A DNA stretch of 64,000 nt, taken from the NCBI GenBank assembly GCA_964247055.1, contig OZ176056.1:3906001-3970000 (forward strand), written 5' to 3'. A program made the translations under genes and the position numbers. Shown here one piece after another: positions 14,801-27,189 of the stretch. The first letter of the stretch is position 1; every line of letters begins with the position of its first letter. This stretch comes from Paragordius varius (lineage: Eukaryota > Animalia > Nematomorpha). The notes beneath the pieces are model-generated. The model was not told the DNA's origin. It made no database searches and worked only from the letters and a program-made list of their open reading frames with translations.

Positions 14801-17800
14801 AAACAAATTTAATGTTGTCAGATAGGAAAAAATTGTAAATTCAGCCACTTGTTCTTTTTTACCCATTGGCTATTGTATTGCTAATCAGTCAAATATAATA
14901 TGAATTAACCAACTTTAAATGTATCATTAATTATTTATATGTTTAGTGTCGGCAAATCATACAAAGTCAATTGGATATTGCCCAGGCTCTTTTGAATGAT
15001 GTCGATATAACATTACTTCGACACGATTATTATGGTAAAGGTTTCATCAAAAGGACTAAACTCAGTCCTGATGCCTACCTACAAATGGCATTACAATTGG
15101 CTTATTACAAAGTTTTTATTTTCCCGAAATTGTTTCCAATGAATTTTTTTGATTCGCTTTACATCTGAACATGTGTTTTTTTGTGTCTGGTATTGGTTTT
15201 AAAGATTTTTGGGAAAAAATTGGCTATTTTTTTCGGTTAAGTGATTTTAACCTTTTTTACAATTTTCAATAGCCTAATTTTTTGATACAATTTAAATAAC
15301 TTGCCAAACACATTTATACATATATATATTAGTAAAATGGTTAAATTAACAAAGCTTAAATTAAATAACACTGGACAACAAATTTTTCTGCCACTCGAGC
15401 TTTTTGCATTTTCTGATATTTACTATCATTTTAACAGTAAATCTGAAATAAAAATTATAACTCGTTGGAAGAATTTTGTATAATTTGATTTTTTTGATTA
15501 TGCGCCCTCTTTATCAAAATTTTACTAAAAAATATTTTTCTTTCAAAATATACAAGTAATGCCCATTTGTAATATATCATTCGAAAGAGTAATAAAAACT
15601 CTATAAAATGCATACTAATATGTTTTACATCGACAGTTAATATTGGACACAAAGAGCGACAAACGCGCGAAGCGAGAGCATTTTTTTAATTATTATATTT
15701 TTAAAACTAATGGATGAAAATAGCTCAAACTTTGTTTAGATGGTGATGAATGTCCAAAAAAGATAATACAAGAAAGTTTTTTTGATTAAAACATTTTTTT
15801 ATTGCTTTTATGTCACTCAAAACAGCCATTTTTAAGTTTTTTGTTTTTTAAAAATTACCATCTCATCAATATTAATTTATTTTCTTTACGAGGCTGATAA
15901 TTTCGAAATTTTAAAGATAAAAACAAAGTTAAAGGTATTTTTTATCTTTTTTAGCCATTATGTAATAAATTTACAGTTATAACTATGCATTTTAGTATCC
16001 ACTAGGCAAAATATTTATGATAATAATAATTTTTATTAAAAAAGCAAACCAAAATTTTTTCAATCATTTTTTTTAAATTAAATACTAATATAACCCTAAT
16101 AAATATATTAAAATAATTTATATGATTTTCAAATTAGTTTGTTTGTAAAAATTCTTGACTTATTTAAGGATTGAAAATTTCGACCATTTAAATCCAAATA
16201 ACTTTTACATCCGATTGATTTAAATGACTTACTACCATTTAAAAGATGCAGTTTTTTGCATTCTTTCGAATGATATAAAATACATGGCTTCATATCTAAA
16301 ACTTTTAATTTTCGAAATTTCGAGTTTAATGTTAAATCGGGGCCAAAAATTATCGATAAACTCTAATATAAAAAATTTTTTGCATGCTAGACCAATTTTC
16401 TTTTCAGATATACTAATTATGTACTTTAATGAAATAAATTTTAAATTCACAAGAATGGCAGTTAAAAATAGTTAAAATTTGTTGTCTAGTGTAATTAATC
16501 ATTATAAAGTGTATAGGTATTAGCTTTAAAAAAAATATTTGAAATCGTAATTCCAGTTCTATAACAAATTTGGAACCATTTTTGCTTTACCAAAATCATT
16601 TCCAAAGTATTTTATGGTGTTTTTTTGTTAGTTGCATGATAATATAAATATATATTATATATATATCATTTACAATAAATTATGTATTTTTTAAGAAAAA
16701 AATTACGTATAATTTATAAAAAATAAAATTACGTTTAAAATTAATAAATACTGGAAAAATAAACTATGCTATAAGAATATATTTCTTTTTATTAATGTGT
16801 TATATTAGTTCGAAAATACTAACATATTTTTAGGGTAAATTTAAATAGTTCAAGGGAGAATTTGATTCGTTTAAGGGTGAATTTGAATTGTAAATAATAT
16901 ATATATATTAATAAAATTTTAGGATAAACACAGATTTGATTTGACTTATGAGGCATCTATGACTCGACTCTTTCGTGAAGGCAGAACCGAAACGGTACGA
17001 ACAGTTTCTCAGGAATCTTGTGAATGGGTTCTCTCCATGTTAAATCCCGAGATTTCGGTAAAAAAATTTTAACTTTTTAAGTTTAAGTTTTTTTTATTAA
17101 AATATAAAAATAGTTTTTTTGTGTTATTGTTAGCGTTTAAATTGGGCCATGATCACAACGTAGTTGTATTTGATTACTAAAATATTTATTAATCTTTATA
17201 CAATGGTTAATTTATAATTATATAAAAATATATATGTATAAAGAACAAGCTGTTCATATATTATTGAAATTAATGTATAAAATTCCACTTTTTACCGATG
17301 TAAATGCCCATTTTTTTATTAAAAGCAAGGATAATTAAATGAAATATTGATTGAAGTAGCAAATTTAAAACAATGCTACTAATTGTAAATCACTAAAGGG
17401 GATTATTATTATATGAATGCTTAAAAAAATCTATGTATAAAATTTGTGAAATATTGTAAAAAAATTTAATAGAGCCTGCGTTTATAAAGATTTATGCCAT
17501 TTTGACTTTAGAATGTCCTTGAACATTTCAAGTTGGTCCTTAAATTATTTAAATTTGGATAACGATAATATTTGCATTTATTTTTTTATTTTATTGTTTT
17601 TTAACCTTCTTTTCTTTATTTATTATATATTTATTGATTTAAAAATAAATTTTTTTATTCAACACTTTTTTTGTTTCAAACTAATTTAACTAATATAAAA
17701 AATAATACCTTACAAATGTTTTTAACAATTAATTGTTAATAATAACCTAGAAAATTTATATATTGTTAATTTACGTGTTTACTTATGAATATAAAAATAT

Positions 17801-20313
17801 TTTTTGAAAAAGTAAAAAAGATATACGGTTTCTGAATGATTAAAAATGATATTGATTTAATAGTTATTGTTAAATAAAGAAAATAGGTTAAAAATGATAA
17901 GAATGAATAATAAACGATTTGATTGATAAAAGTTAAAAACAAAACTAAAATCAAGGACCAACTTAAAATGTTCAAGGACCAACTTGAAGTATTCAAGAAC
18001 CAACTCGAAATGTTAAAGGACCAACTTGAAGTGTTCAAAGACCAACTTGAAATGTTTAGACTTGAAGTGTTCAAAGACCAACTTGAAATGTTTAGACTTG
18101 AAGTGTTCAAGAACTTGAAATGTTCAAGGACACTCTTGAAGTGCAAATGGTATATATTAATCATTTATTTCCAGAATAAAAATGCCATTATTATTGTTTT
18201 TGATTTAAAATTAAGCTAAAATGCTTATATGATAAAAATATAAGTTTTAATATTCGACTTTTATTGTGGTAAAGTTTTTATCAAAAAAAGTGTAAATTTT
18301 GCTACTATATTATAATTATTTTTGATTTGAAACATTTTTTCAGAATCAAGAAAGAGCCCGGCTCCTTAAACGAGCGTGTGAACACCATGTGATGGCTTAC
18401 AAATACGCTATGACTGGGAATGGGATAGACAGACATTTATTTTGTCTTTATGTCCTTTGCAAATATTTCGAACAAAAACAGGTGGCATCACGTCAAAAGA
18501 AACAACATAATAGCAACAATAATAAATTATTGTTGAATAATGCAAAAATTGTGGAAAATAGTGTTAAATCTGATGGAGGACTTTCGACAAATGATATTGG
18601 CACTAAGACTGTTACAGACGAAAAGGAAATGAAAAGTGATGAACACCATTACACATCTGAAGTATAAATATATATGTATATATGTTAGGGTAGTTTTGAC
18701 GAGTTTTTTCGTTTTATTTTTTTGTGACATGTTTTAGTAGTATAAAATGTGTTTGATTTTTAATATCGTCTTAAACGACCATTTTTTTATTGAAACAACA
18801 TTCCTACTTGATATATATGATTTTAACGTTGTTTTGATGAAGATTGGTTATAATATTCTTCTTGCTTTTACGCAAAACAGAAATTTATGGATGACATTAC
18901 AGTGAAAGAATTATCACCTTTTCTTAAAAAAGTCTTGAGTGAACCCTGGAAACTTTCAACTAGTCAGGTATATATTATAATATTTTCCAAAAAAATAAAA
19001 TTTAATATAAATAATCAAGAATAAACCATGATTTTTTACAATAACTTATCGTTTGGAAATGTGAAATACTGAATAAAGATAATTGGTTTATTTGAAAAAA
19101 TAGACGAGTATATGTTTGAAATAATATATATATCTCATTTTTTTATCAGTACTTATGTTTTATATTAATAAATTTTAATTATCTTAATATGTTTTAACCC
19201 TAACTTATCTTAATTATTAGACTACACATTTGAGTGCTGAAAAATTTGATTTCGATACCCATAAACACGTAATATCAGCCGGTGGGGGCTTTGGACCGGT
19301 ATACATAGTTATATAAATTTAATTTCCTTTTTATTTAAAATTGATTTATTAAATACTGATTATTATTCATTTTACTTTTTAACGCTAACAACGCACGGAC
19401 ATTTTTTATAGTGTCCGAAACCGTATTCACTTTTTATTAAATAAATTTCCATATATTATAAGATATATTTAGCTAGCTATTTAAATATAAAAACTGCATA
19501 GCAAAATTCTTAATAACGTATTTTCATATATTAAATAATTTAACCACTTTTTTTAGGAATATATTATTTATGATATAATAGTTTCGAAACTCAAAAATTT
19601 AAAAATAGTCAAGAAAAATGATTTTTTTACATAATATAGGTTGCTGATGACGGATATGGCGTTTCTTATATTATTGCGGGCGAAAATGCAATCTATTTTC
19701 ATATATCTAGCAAAAAAAGCTCTCCCTCTACGGTATTTTTATTATTATTTTAAATATTAATAATTAATGATAAAAATATACTTATTTATTGTCAAAATAT
19801 ATAATATAAATTAATATATCATTTACAGTTCAAATTCACTCTTGAACAATTCAAATTCACCCTACAATATATCAAGGGTTTATTAAGATTAAAAATTATT
19901 ATATTTTTTATGTTTTTAAAAAATAATATTTTTATAAAAATTTAAATAACAATGAAAAAATAATAAACTTCGCCATTAAGATATATTTAATGTTAACGAT
20001 GAGTTATAATAGTCCAATTTATTTTTAGGGTGAATTTGAGTTGTAAATGTTATATATAAAATTATTTACTAACTACAAGTTTTTAAGGTAAACACCATTA
20101 CTTTATTGGAGAGTCTCTGCAAAATAATATGAATATTTATCCGAATCTAGAACACATTACAATTTCATATTTTGCCATATTTTTAATTTAATGTTATTAA
20201 AATTATATTTTTTCCTTGTGGCATTTTAGGATTCTCATCGCTTTAAACAGCACATATCACAAGCTTTGATGGATATGAAAGAGCTTATGGAAACTAACTT
20301 GACTACTAAATGA
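3323..20313 (+). CDS. CPT1: Carnitine O-palmitoyltransferase 1 (mitochondrial outer membrane), 23 coding exons, 839 aa
   Basis: Exons, all GT-AG and phase-consistent: 3323-3463, 4407-4546, 5152-5314, 5995-6096, 6925-7062, 7148-7225, 7574-7681, 8307-8391, 8963-9077, 9634-9714, 11332-11407, 11524-11571, 12191-12298, 12390-12415, 12520-12582, 13352-13439, 14947-15111, 16923-17057, 18344-18661, 18881-18967, 19221-19298, 19640-19732, 20230-20313 (2520 nt). Motifs: [12 protein letters not shown] start, two N-terminal TM segments, [28 protein letters not shown], catalytic [61 protein letters not shown]. Confidence 0.97.
5385..5910. repeat. Imperfect tandem triplication (~180-230 bp units) in CPT1 intron 3, ending in a (TA)n tract
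   Basis: TTTTG(A/C)GTTACTTTT...ATATTTAGGATGTATTTA..ATT...ATAGTG(A/G)ACAC recurs near 5385, 5615 and 5800; (TA)n at 5860-5901. Confidence 0.8.
6440..6786. mobile_element. MITE of the TATACCATTT / AAATTCACCC family (left end decayed)
   Basis: Tandem TTCAAATTCACCC units on the left, inverted GGGTGAATTT units on the right, ends AAATGGTATA. Confidence 0.7.
7703..7972. mobile_element. MITE of the TATACCATTT / AAATTCACCC family (best-preserved copy)
   Basis: TIR TATACCATTTACAGTTCAAATTCACCC ... GGGTGAATTTGAAATGTAAATGGTATATA; lies in CPT1 intron 7. Confidence 0.85.
9231..9430. mobile_element. ~200-bp foldback MITE, copy 1
   Basis: Near-complete palindrome TTAATGGTTGTTTATTTCACAC ... GTGAAATAAGCATCCATTAA; homologous to 23291-23475. 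Confidence 0.75.
10085..11270 (+). mobile_element. Degenerate Penelope-like retroelement fragment (N-terminal region plus start of RT) in CPT1 intron 10
   Basis: Frameshifted peptides [114 protein letters not shown] match the PLE ORF pattern; the RT segment is also present inverted at 10093-10163. Confidence 0.85.
11741..11796. repeat. (TA)n microsatellite (longest of many in the window)
   Basis: About 28 uninterrupted TA units; others near 5860, 8082, 11606, 20975, 27158, 43278. Confidence 0.95.
12774..12969. mobile_element. hAT (Charlie-like) MITE, second copy
   Basis: CAGAAGTGTCCAACA ... TGTTGGACATCCCTG; TCTAAAT occurs in both flanks (TSD-like). Its right junction is tandemly duplicated at ~13120-13290. 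Confidence 0.6.
13620..14742. repeat. Tandem duplication of a ~570-bp unit in CPT1 intron 16
   Basis: ATCTGATTGGAT, CCTATCATCGTCCCTCTATGCTATAAAATTATT, GATTAGGTACTCGATGGTATTTGGT and AGTATGAACATTAATGTT each occur twice in order, ~570 bp apart. Confidence 0.9.
16661..16902. mobile_element. MITE of the TATACCATTT / AAATTCACCC family
   Basis: TATATCATTTACA left end; three GGG(T/A)GAATTT-type units and TTGTAAATAATATA right end; stops ~20 bp before the exon 18 acceptor. Confidence 0.7.
17950..18155. mobile_element. Solo right end of a TATACCATTT-family element with a 21-bp tandem array
   Basis: About 8-9 units of AAGGACCAACTTGAAGTGTTC followed by GTGCAAATGGTATATA; no matching left arm found. Confidence 0.7.
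19815..20054. mobile_element. MITE of the TATACCATTT / AAATTCACCC family
   Basis: TATATCATTTACAGTTCAAATTCAC ... GGGTGAATTTGAGTTGTAAATGTTATA in CPT1 intron 22. Confidence 0.8.
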
Positions 20314-20971
20314 ATCAAAAACCACATATAATAATTTTATAGTGCTAAAATAATTTTGTAATTCCGCTTTTATAGCTTAAAATTAAATTTTTAAAAAAGT
20401 TGAATTTATGCGCTTATAATACTCATACCATGTTCATATATATATTTACATTTATAATTTTATAATATTAATTTTACCATTGCACAAAACCAAAAATTAA
20501 TAATCAGTATTAGAGTTGTATATTTATATTTTATGTAATTTTAAAATTTTATGAAATTATTTATATATAACAAAGCTTTATTTTTACAATATACTCAACA
20601 TTACTAATATTTACATTTACAAATGCTTTATCCGTATATTTAAATCTAAAATTAACATTCTATGGTACAATATAAATCAACAAAGTCACAATGCAATAAT
20701 GCTAAATTATATTTTTAATGATAACATCTTTCTTTATAATAAAAACATATTTTATTATAAATTATTTTAATTTTAATATAACTCGATAAAATCTAAGGTG
20801 CAAAAGGAGAGTGTAGGTGTATTTATCCGGGTTGCATATTAAACGAAAAAATAATTTATGTTTTGTCAGGACAATCGTTTTTTTATTTTTTGCCTCTTGA
20901 TTTTATATAAAACAATGCATCTCCCCAATGTTTATAAAAGTCATTAAGATTATATGAATAGTTTTCCAAAT

Positions 20972-21015
<44 letters not shown>

Positions 21016-23290
21016 CATTGTAATCCAGTTTTATTTCCACTTAAGTAAACGCTTTATCACTTACTTTTTTAAGGCGATTTATTCATTTTGTCTGTTGTAC
21101 GATTTAAAAAAGGTTTTAGCATCTTATGGCGGTTAATGATCAGGTACAAAATTTACATTGAAGTTTTGTTGAACGCTAAAGAATGCTTCTTTAAATATTG
21201 AGATATTTGAAAGTGTCATACATATTAATAATTCAGGAGGTTTTAAATTCCCTTCTGACTTTGATATTAAGTTTTTAAGAATAAAAAATTTAATTTATCA
21301 TTTATGATATTTTAGTTGACCAGTCTAAAATTTATTTTCAAGATAAATGGATGTGTATCGGTTAAATATAACTCTATTTGCGAATATTGGTATTTTAATT
21401 AAGAAAAAACAAATTTTCATGTTATATTTTATTGCTTTGGGATAACTCCCTCGTTTTAGAGGGGTAAATTGCGACTTTTTGATCTGAAGATTTGTATGCC
21501 TCAGTTTTAAAAAATACGTTCCTTATAAACCAATTTTACTTATGGTAACATCTAACGAATCTTTTAACCGAATTTTGAAATGATATAAATCTCAGCATTG
21601 AACATAAGTAAATATCTAAAAGCATATTCTTAAGTTTTTACCATGTTACAAACTATAAAATACGTTTTTTATTTTCATTAAAGAATTGGATTTTTTCAAA
21701 ACTTATTTGATGACAAATCCATCTTATATATTGTTATCGACCAAGATTTTAACGATTATTTTGCGAAAACTTGCTCATATTAGAGGGGTTAATATTAATT
21801 TTGGATCCACATCTAAAATGTTTAGCTTTTCATAATATATAGGAGTTTATATATTTTCATGTCTTTTTTGGAATGAAGCATTTAGCTTTTACCAAATTTA
21901 ATATATAGGCTAACTTCGTGAATATGGATTACCAGAGCAAATAACTTTTTTAAATCCCTTGTAAACCCCAAAACCAAAAGCACCACTAGAATATTGATAC
22001 ATTTTCTATCATTCAATCGGAATGTTGTGTAAAACCAATTTGTTATAACTTAATTGTTTTTGTTAACTTAACTTAATTGACCTTATATTAGTTAACTACG
22101 AAAATATAATAATATCTTTCTCGCTCACCTTAGTGCATAATACACCTTTGTCCTTGTTACGCTAAAAATGTATTCTTGGTTGTGAAAGCTTTCACCTAAA
22201 TACTGTAATATTAAACCTTATGCAAATATATAACTTGGTTGTGAATGCTTTCATCTAAATATTGTAATATTTAACCTTATGCAAAAATGCAACCTTGCTC
22301 TAAAATTATATATAATGCAATATATTTTATACAGAAGATATATATAATTTTTTATGCTATAATAAATTCCTTTTCGCTTTTTACAGTCTTAATCTCATTA
22401 TTTTATTTCTTAGTTGTCCTCGTTTGGTGCAAAAATGTCAATAAATTCTGAAATAAGAGTTTACGAATATAATATTTGTTTTATTTTACAACTTTTTCCC
22501 ATAGTGGAATTAAACAATATACCAATATATTAAGTATTCAAAGATTTATTTACTAATAATATAGTATTGAATATCGGGCTAAATTGTAAATGTTGTTTTC
22601 GACATTGATTTGAGCTTGGAGTAGTTTTTTCACCATATCAACGATAGCTTTACCAATTTTTGGATCGGGTCGATTATAGGAATAAAAAGTTGGACCTGGA
22701 AAATCAAAATGGAATATGATAGTTTAATCACAAGAAAACTAAAAATTTAAATCAACGAAAAAATTGAAAAATTTGGATATTTTTTATTAACATGTCTCGA
22801 TGGCCTAATCCAGTATATGCCAATCTTTTTTTTGTTCACGCCCACCAAATTGATATAAAAAATCCCTTCACCACCCCTCCCCCCCACCAAAAAAATGCAA
22901 AATTATAATAGAAAATGATCAGTGAGATCCTTGTATTGCAATTATTTTATCGGTTTTAAAAAAAATATATTAGCCTATATAATAATATTACAGAGCCATC
23001 TGTAGCGAAATCGCATTGGCTTATACAATGATATGGTTCAATTTTACTGAATTAACAATTTGCAAAAAAATATCATATTTTTTCATTACTTCGGTTTTTT
23101 ACTATAGCTTTTTCAGATTCAAAATATTATGTGCTTACAAAATAAATGTACGATAAAATAAAAAAAATGGTCTAATGACTGACGATTTCAGTTATATCAA
23201 AACAAAATTAGCCAAAAATCTTATATTATAATTATCTTAATGATTAACAAAAAAATATGATAAAAAGGATCATATGTAATACATATGCAT

Positions 23291-23475
23291 TTAAGGGTTG
23301 GTTATTTCACACTATAGTTGGGCAATAGCAACAGAGTAGGGTATGGAAACTACAAAATGTTGAACAAACATTTTTTTCCTTTCGTACATTACTTTGTTTT
23401 TTTATTCAATTTTGTTGTTTTTCCATACACTACTGTGTTGCCAATTGCCTTACTATAGTGTGTAAGCAACCAACG
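23291..23475. mobile_element. ~190-bp foldback MITE, copy 2
   Basis: GGTTGGTTATTTCACACTATAGTTGGGCAAT ... ATTGCCTTACTATAGTGTGTAAGCAACCAAC; homologous to 9231-9430. Confidence 0.75.
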
Positions 23476-23480
23476 TATTA

Positions 23481-24053
23481 TTAACACTTGGATACAACAC
23501 ACTCATTTTAGTCCTTCCATTCAAATTGGGGTAGTTGGATACCCCAGGCTTGTTTAAAATTAAATTCTTTAAAAAATATAGAAGAAATCGAAATCATGGC
23601 AAAATTTTGCACTTATCTAACATTAACAAACCGAAATATATAAAAAATTTTATTTAAAAATACTTGATATTACTTATTTTAAGCTAAAACCGAAAGGTAA
23701 AAATTTCGTCATCGTGGCATGTGTCAAATTTTAAAATTGAAAAATTATACAAATTAAACCGCTTTTTCTATTTGAATCAATGTTAGATGTAATTTATATA
23801 AAAAATTAGCTTTAGTTTTACCCTTAAAATTAAATAAATACGATATTTTGCAAATTGTGAAATAAAAATGGCGTCGAAGTAGTTTGAGATGGAGCTTTTT
23901 CTTCAAAACAAAATTTTATCAAGATATTTTGGCATATTTATATAATATTTATCAGATTTAAATTGGGACCGTTTCCTACAGTAGTTTTTTAAAAATATTA
24001 ATTTAAATTTAGTCTGGGGTATTTAGATACCCCAATTTGAATTGAAGTGTTAA
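23481..24053 (+). mobile_element. TTAA-flanked MITE (piggyBac-like target), copy 2
   Basis: TTAA|CACTTGGATACAACAC ... CAATTTGAATTGAAGTG|TTAA; colinear with 1812-2383. Confidence 0.75.
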
Positions 24054-24952
24054 ATTAAATTATTAAAAAGCAATCAATATATACATATATATATATAAAG
24101 CATGATTAAGTATATATTGCTAGAAAGTTATTAATGATTGCCAAATGGCATATGGCTAATAATAGTCAAAGTGAAAAAATAACTATAAGCCAATAATACA
24201 GCCCTTTGTTGTATATACTATTTGGCAATAATTAATAAAATTCTGGAAATGCATACTCCTCATACTGTATGATAGTTCTTAACTAATCATATTAACAAAT
24301 AAATTTTTTTAACATTCGATATTGTGTTTCACTTCAATACAATACAATTAAAATTCATATTTATACATACAAAATGTAAAAAGACAAATAAATATTTTTT
24401 GAAAAAGTTAATTATACTTATTTCAACCCAAAACGATGTGTTATATTTTAAAAATTCAAATATTAAAGATTGTCGTATTTTTCAAAAAATATTTGTCTTT
24501 TAATGATTACGATATGTCTGCATAATTTTAATTTTTACGGTATATATCAGATTGAAAAATTTGTAATAATTTTTTGTTTTAATCAATGACCAATGTTCAC
24601 CAAATGTTTAAATACTTGCATAAAATAACTTTCAACAGCCTTTTACATCTTATGGAATAAACAAAAAACAGTGCGTATTGCAGATAATCCTTTTTTCAAA
24701 CACAAAATTCGACATTATTGTTGAATGATAAAAAAGCAAGAAGCTACTTTTTGGCCAATTCAACTTGTGTCCATTTGTCGTTTCATGTCAGGTGTATAAA
24801 ATGGCACGAGTGTTAAATTGATCGTATCCCTACATTTCACTGAAGGCATGTCTTAGTTAAACCGGTAATGACTTTTGACTAGACTAATCTGGTTAGTAAT
24901 TAGATTTTTACTTATTAACTTGGTAAGAAAAAAGTCTAAAACATATTTATAT

Positions 24953-25185
24953 CAGCGTAGCTAGGGGCGAGGAAAGGATGGCTGATACGCCGGGCGCTAT
25001 AGTTGAAAAGGCGCCGGATATTAAAAAATTTGTTTCAAAAAAATAGGTTTTCAAAAGTTATTATTTTAAATTTATATAAAACCCATTTATGACTAATGTC
25101 AACGTTTGTATTTGATTATTTTTAAAAAAATGCAAGGGGTCGCACGGAGGACGAGGGGGCGCCAGAAATGCAAGCTACGCCTCTG
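24953..25185. mobile_element. hAT-like MITE (CAG..GCGTAGC termini)
   Basis: CAGCGTAGCT ... AGCTACGCCTCTG ends with GC-rich GGCGCC subterminal motifs; TSD not evident. Confidence 0.55.
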
Positions 25186-25588
25186 AATTACATATTATCT
25201 ATATTATAAATTCTTAAATTTGTATCATTGTTTGTGGGCTAATTTTTGATATTTCGTGACAAATTTAAAAATTAAATTTACAAAGAGCAAATAAAAATAC
25301 ATTGTTATATTATAAGGTATTTTATATTTAAAGAATTTCATCATACCATATAAAATATACCTTTCATCATTTCTTCTATTTTACCTTAACCCTCTCGACA
25401 CGGGGCTTCTAATGTAAATAACCTATAACTCGCTTGATCAATTTTAAAAAACGTTAAATTCGCTGTTGACCCATTTGAACATGACCTTCGTTTATTAATT
25501 AGTTTGTATATATAAAATTTTGTCACTTACCCCATATTTAAACTAATTTTTCGTTTATTATTCCTCAAATTTATACTATATATCTGAA

Positions 25589-26809
25589 ATGTCGAGCTTG
25601 CGCGGATTTTTATTATTGATAGTGTTTGGCATTTCGTTTGTTGTTTCTTTGCCAGGTAATTAACTTATTATATCTAATAAATTAGAGATTACCATTAATT
25701 TTAACAGCTTTTATGTTAAAATAGCTTATTTTTTTATTTTTTCTTTATTTGAGCATCAAAACATTAATAATATTCTAAATCTATAATTGTCAAGTTCAAT
25801 GGTAAATTTTTCTTAAAAATTTTTGCGAAATATAAAACATCAACTAATTTTAAAATTTTTATCTGCTCTCACCGCCAAAATGCAATTTTTAACCCTTATT
25901 TTAATTACGGTTTATTTTATTTTGTAAAAAAAATTATCTATGGTTAGAAGAGGTTCAACATTTGAAAGTAACTGCTACAAAAGTTGATGGACCTGAGAAT
26001 CGGTATAAAATAGCTTGGGACTGGCATCCCTCATATGATAGCGCAGATTTGTACGTTTATGATAGCACAGGATTGTTTTATGATCACACTAATGTAAGTT
26101 ATATTTGCATGTTTATTTGATGAGATTTTAGTTTTTCATAATTTTATAAAATAAGTCTTATATTTTTGCTATATTAGGTATTAAAATTTATTGTTTATTT
26201 ATATATATACATATTATATGATTATATAAACCCTAGAGGGTGTCCAACACAATTGGGTTTGTGGGTTAATTTGATAATTTTAACATTAATTTACAGAAAA
26301 AGTTGAAATTATTCAGACAAAGCGTAAAATCATATGGAACATTTTTTTAAACACAATCCTATTTTTCAACCTTATTTCTTATAAATTCGTAACAATTTAA
26401 AATACATAACTTATTGAGTTATTTTGCGATTTGAAACAGTTATATTCAAAAAAATCTAGTTTTAAAAATTAAAAAAATTTGCCTTTATATTTTAAATTTT
26501 GTCAGTATTTAGTGTAATTAATATAACCTCGTAACATTTTACCTGGAACCCTTTAATTTATTTTCGTTTTCTGGTAAACCTTTTCAGATTAATCAAAAAA
26601 ATTATAGGGCCTTTATCTATGACATTATATGCACCAAAAATACGGTAAAAGTTATATTAAATTTATTTTTTATATAACATTTTTAGTTGGCTCAGTTGGA
26701 TTATGAAGTGAATTTCAAAAAACATGTTAACGAAATCTTTAAAATCAAGCTTGTTTACCATTTCAAGGATAAATCAAAGTACACCATTACAACTCAGTTT
26801 TCTACTTAA
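25589..26809 (+). CDS. Small secreted orphan protein, 111 aa, fibronectin-III-like beta-sandwich pattern
   Basis: Exons 25589-25655, 25948-26093, 26687-26809 (GT-AG, phases 1 and 0, 336 nt) give MSSLRGFLLLIVFGISFVVSLPEEVQHLKVTATKVDGPENRYKIAWDWHPSYDSADLYVYDSTGLFYDHTNLAQLDYEVNFKKHVNEIFKIKLVYHFKDKSKYTITTQFST; signal peptide occupies exon 1; AATAAA at 26849-26854. Absent from the ORF track because each exon is short. Confidence 0.8.
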
Positions 26810-27157
26810 AGAGCATCTATTTTAATGTAATTTGCATATTTATTAGTAAATAAATTAGATTGGGAATTTATTATATATTTTAAATTAATTACAATATATA
26901 ATATAGCAGATTGACAAATCATAAAATTACAATTAAGGTAAGCGTCAATTGAAAAATTTAACTGGCCCAACTTGATAATCTCCCAATTTTAGGTTAATAA
27001 CCAATATTGTTTAAAATATTTTTTAAGCAATAACACTAAAGAAAATATTTTAGAATTGCTCAAAGATCTCGCCCAGATTCAATATAGAAATATTTATTCT
27101 TCTCCTGTGCAGACTAATACCAAAATTTTTGGATAAATTTTGAATTGAAGACAAAGG

Positions 27158-27189
<32 letters not shown>

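Noticed and set aside
15100-16610. Old repeat-like DNA including CGCGCGAAGCGAGAG and several 60-80 aa ORFs
   Set aside because: Probably decayed TE sequence in CPT1 intron 17, but boundaries and family could not be defined; the ORFs are AT-biased noise.
17766-18219. ORFs 17766-18164 (-) and 17923-18219 (+)
   Set aside because: Products of the 21-bp array at a solo transposon end inside CPT1 intron 18.
24560-24850. Possible Tc1-like HTH remnant on the minus strand (KWTQVELAKK)
   Set aside because: Too short and degenerate, with no TIRs or catalytic motifs to support it.
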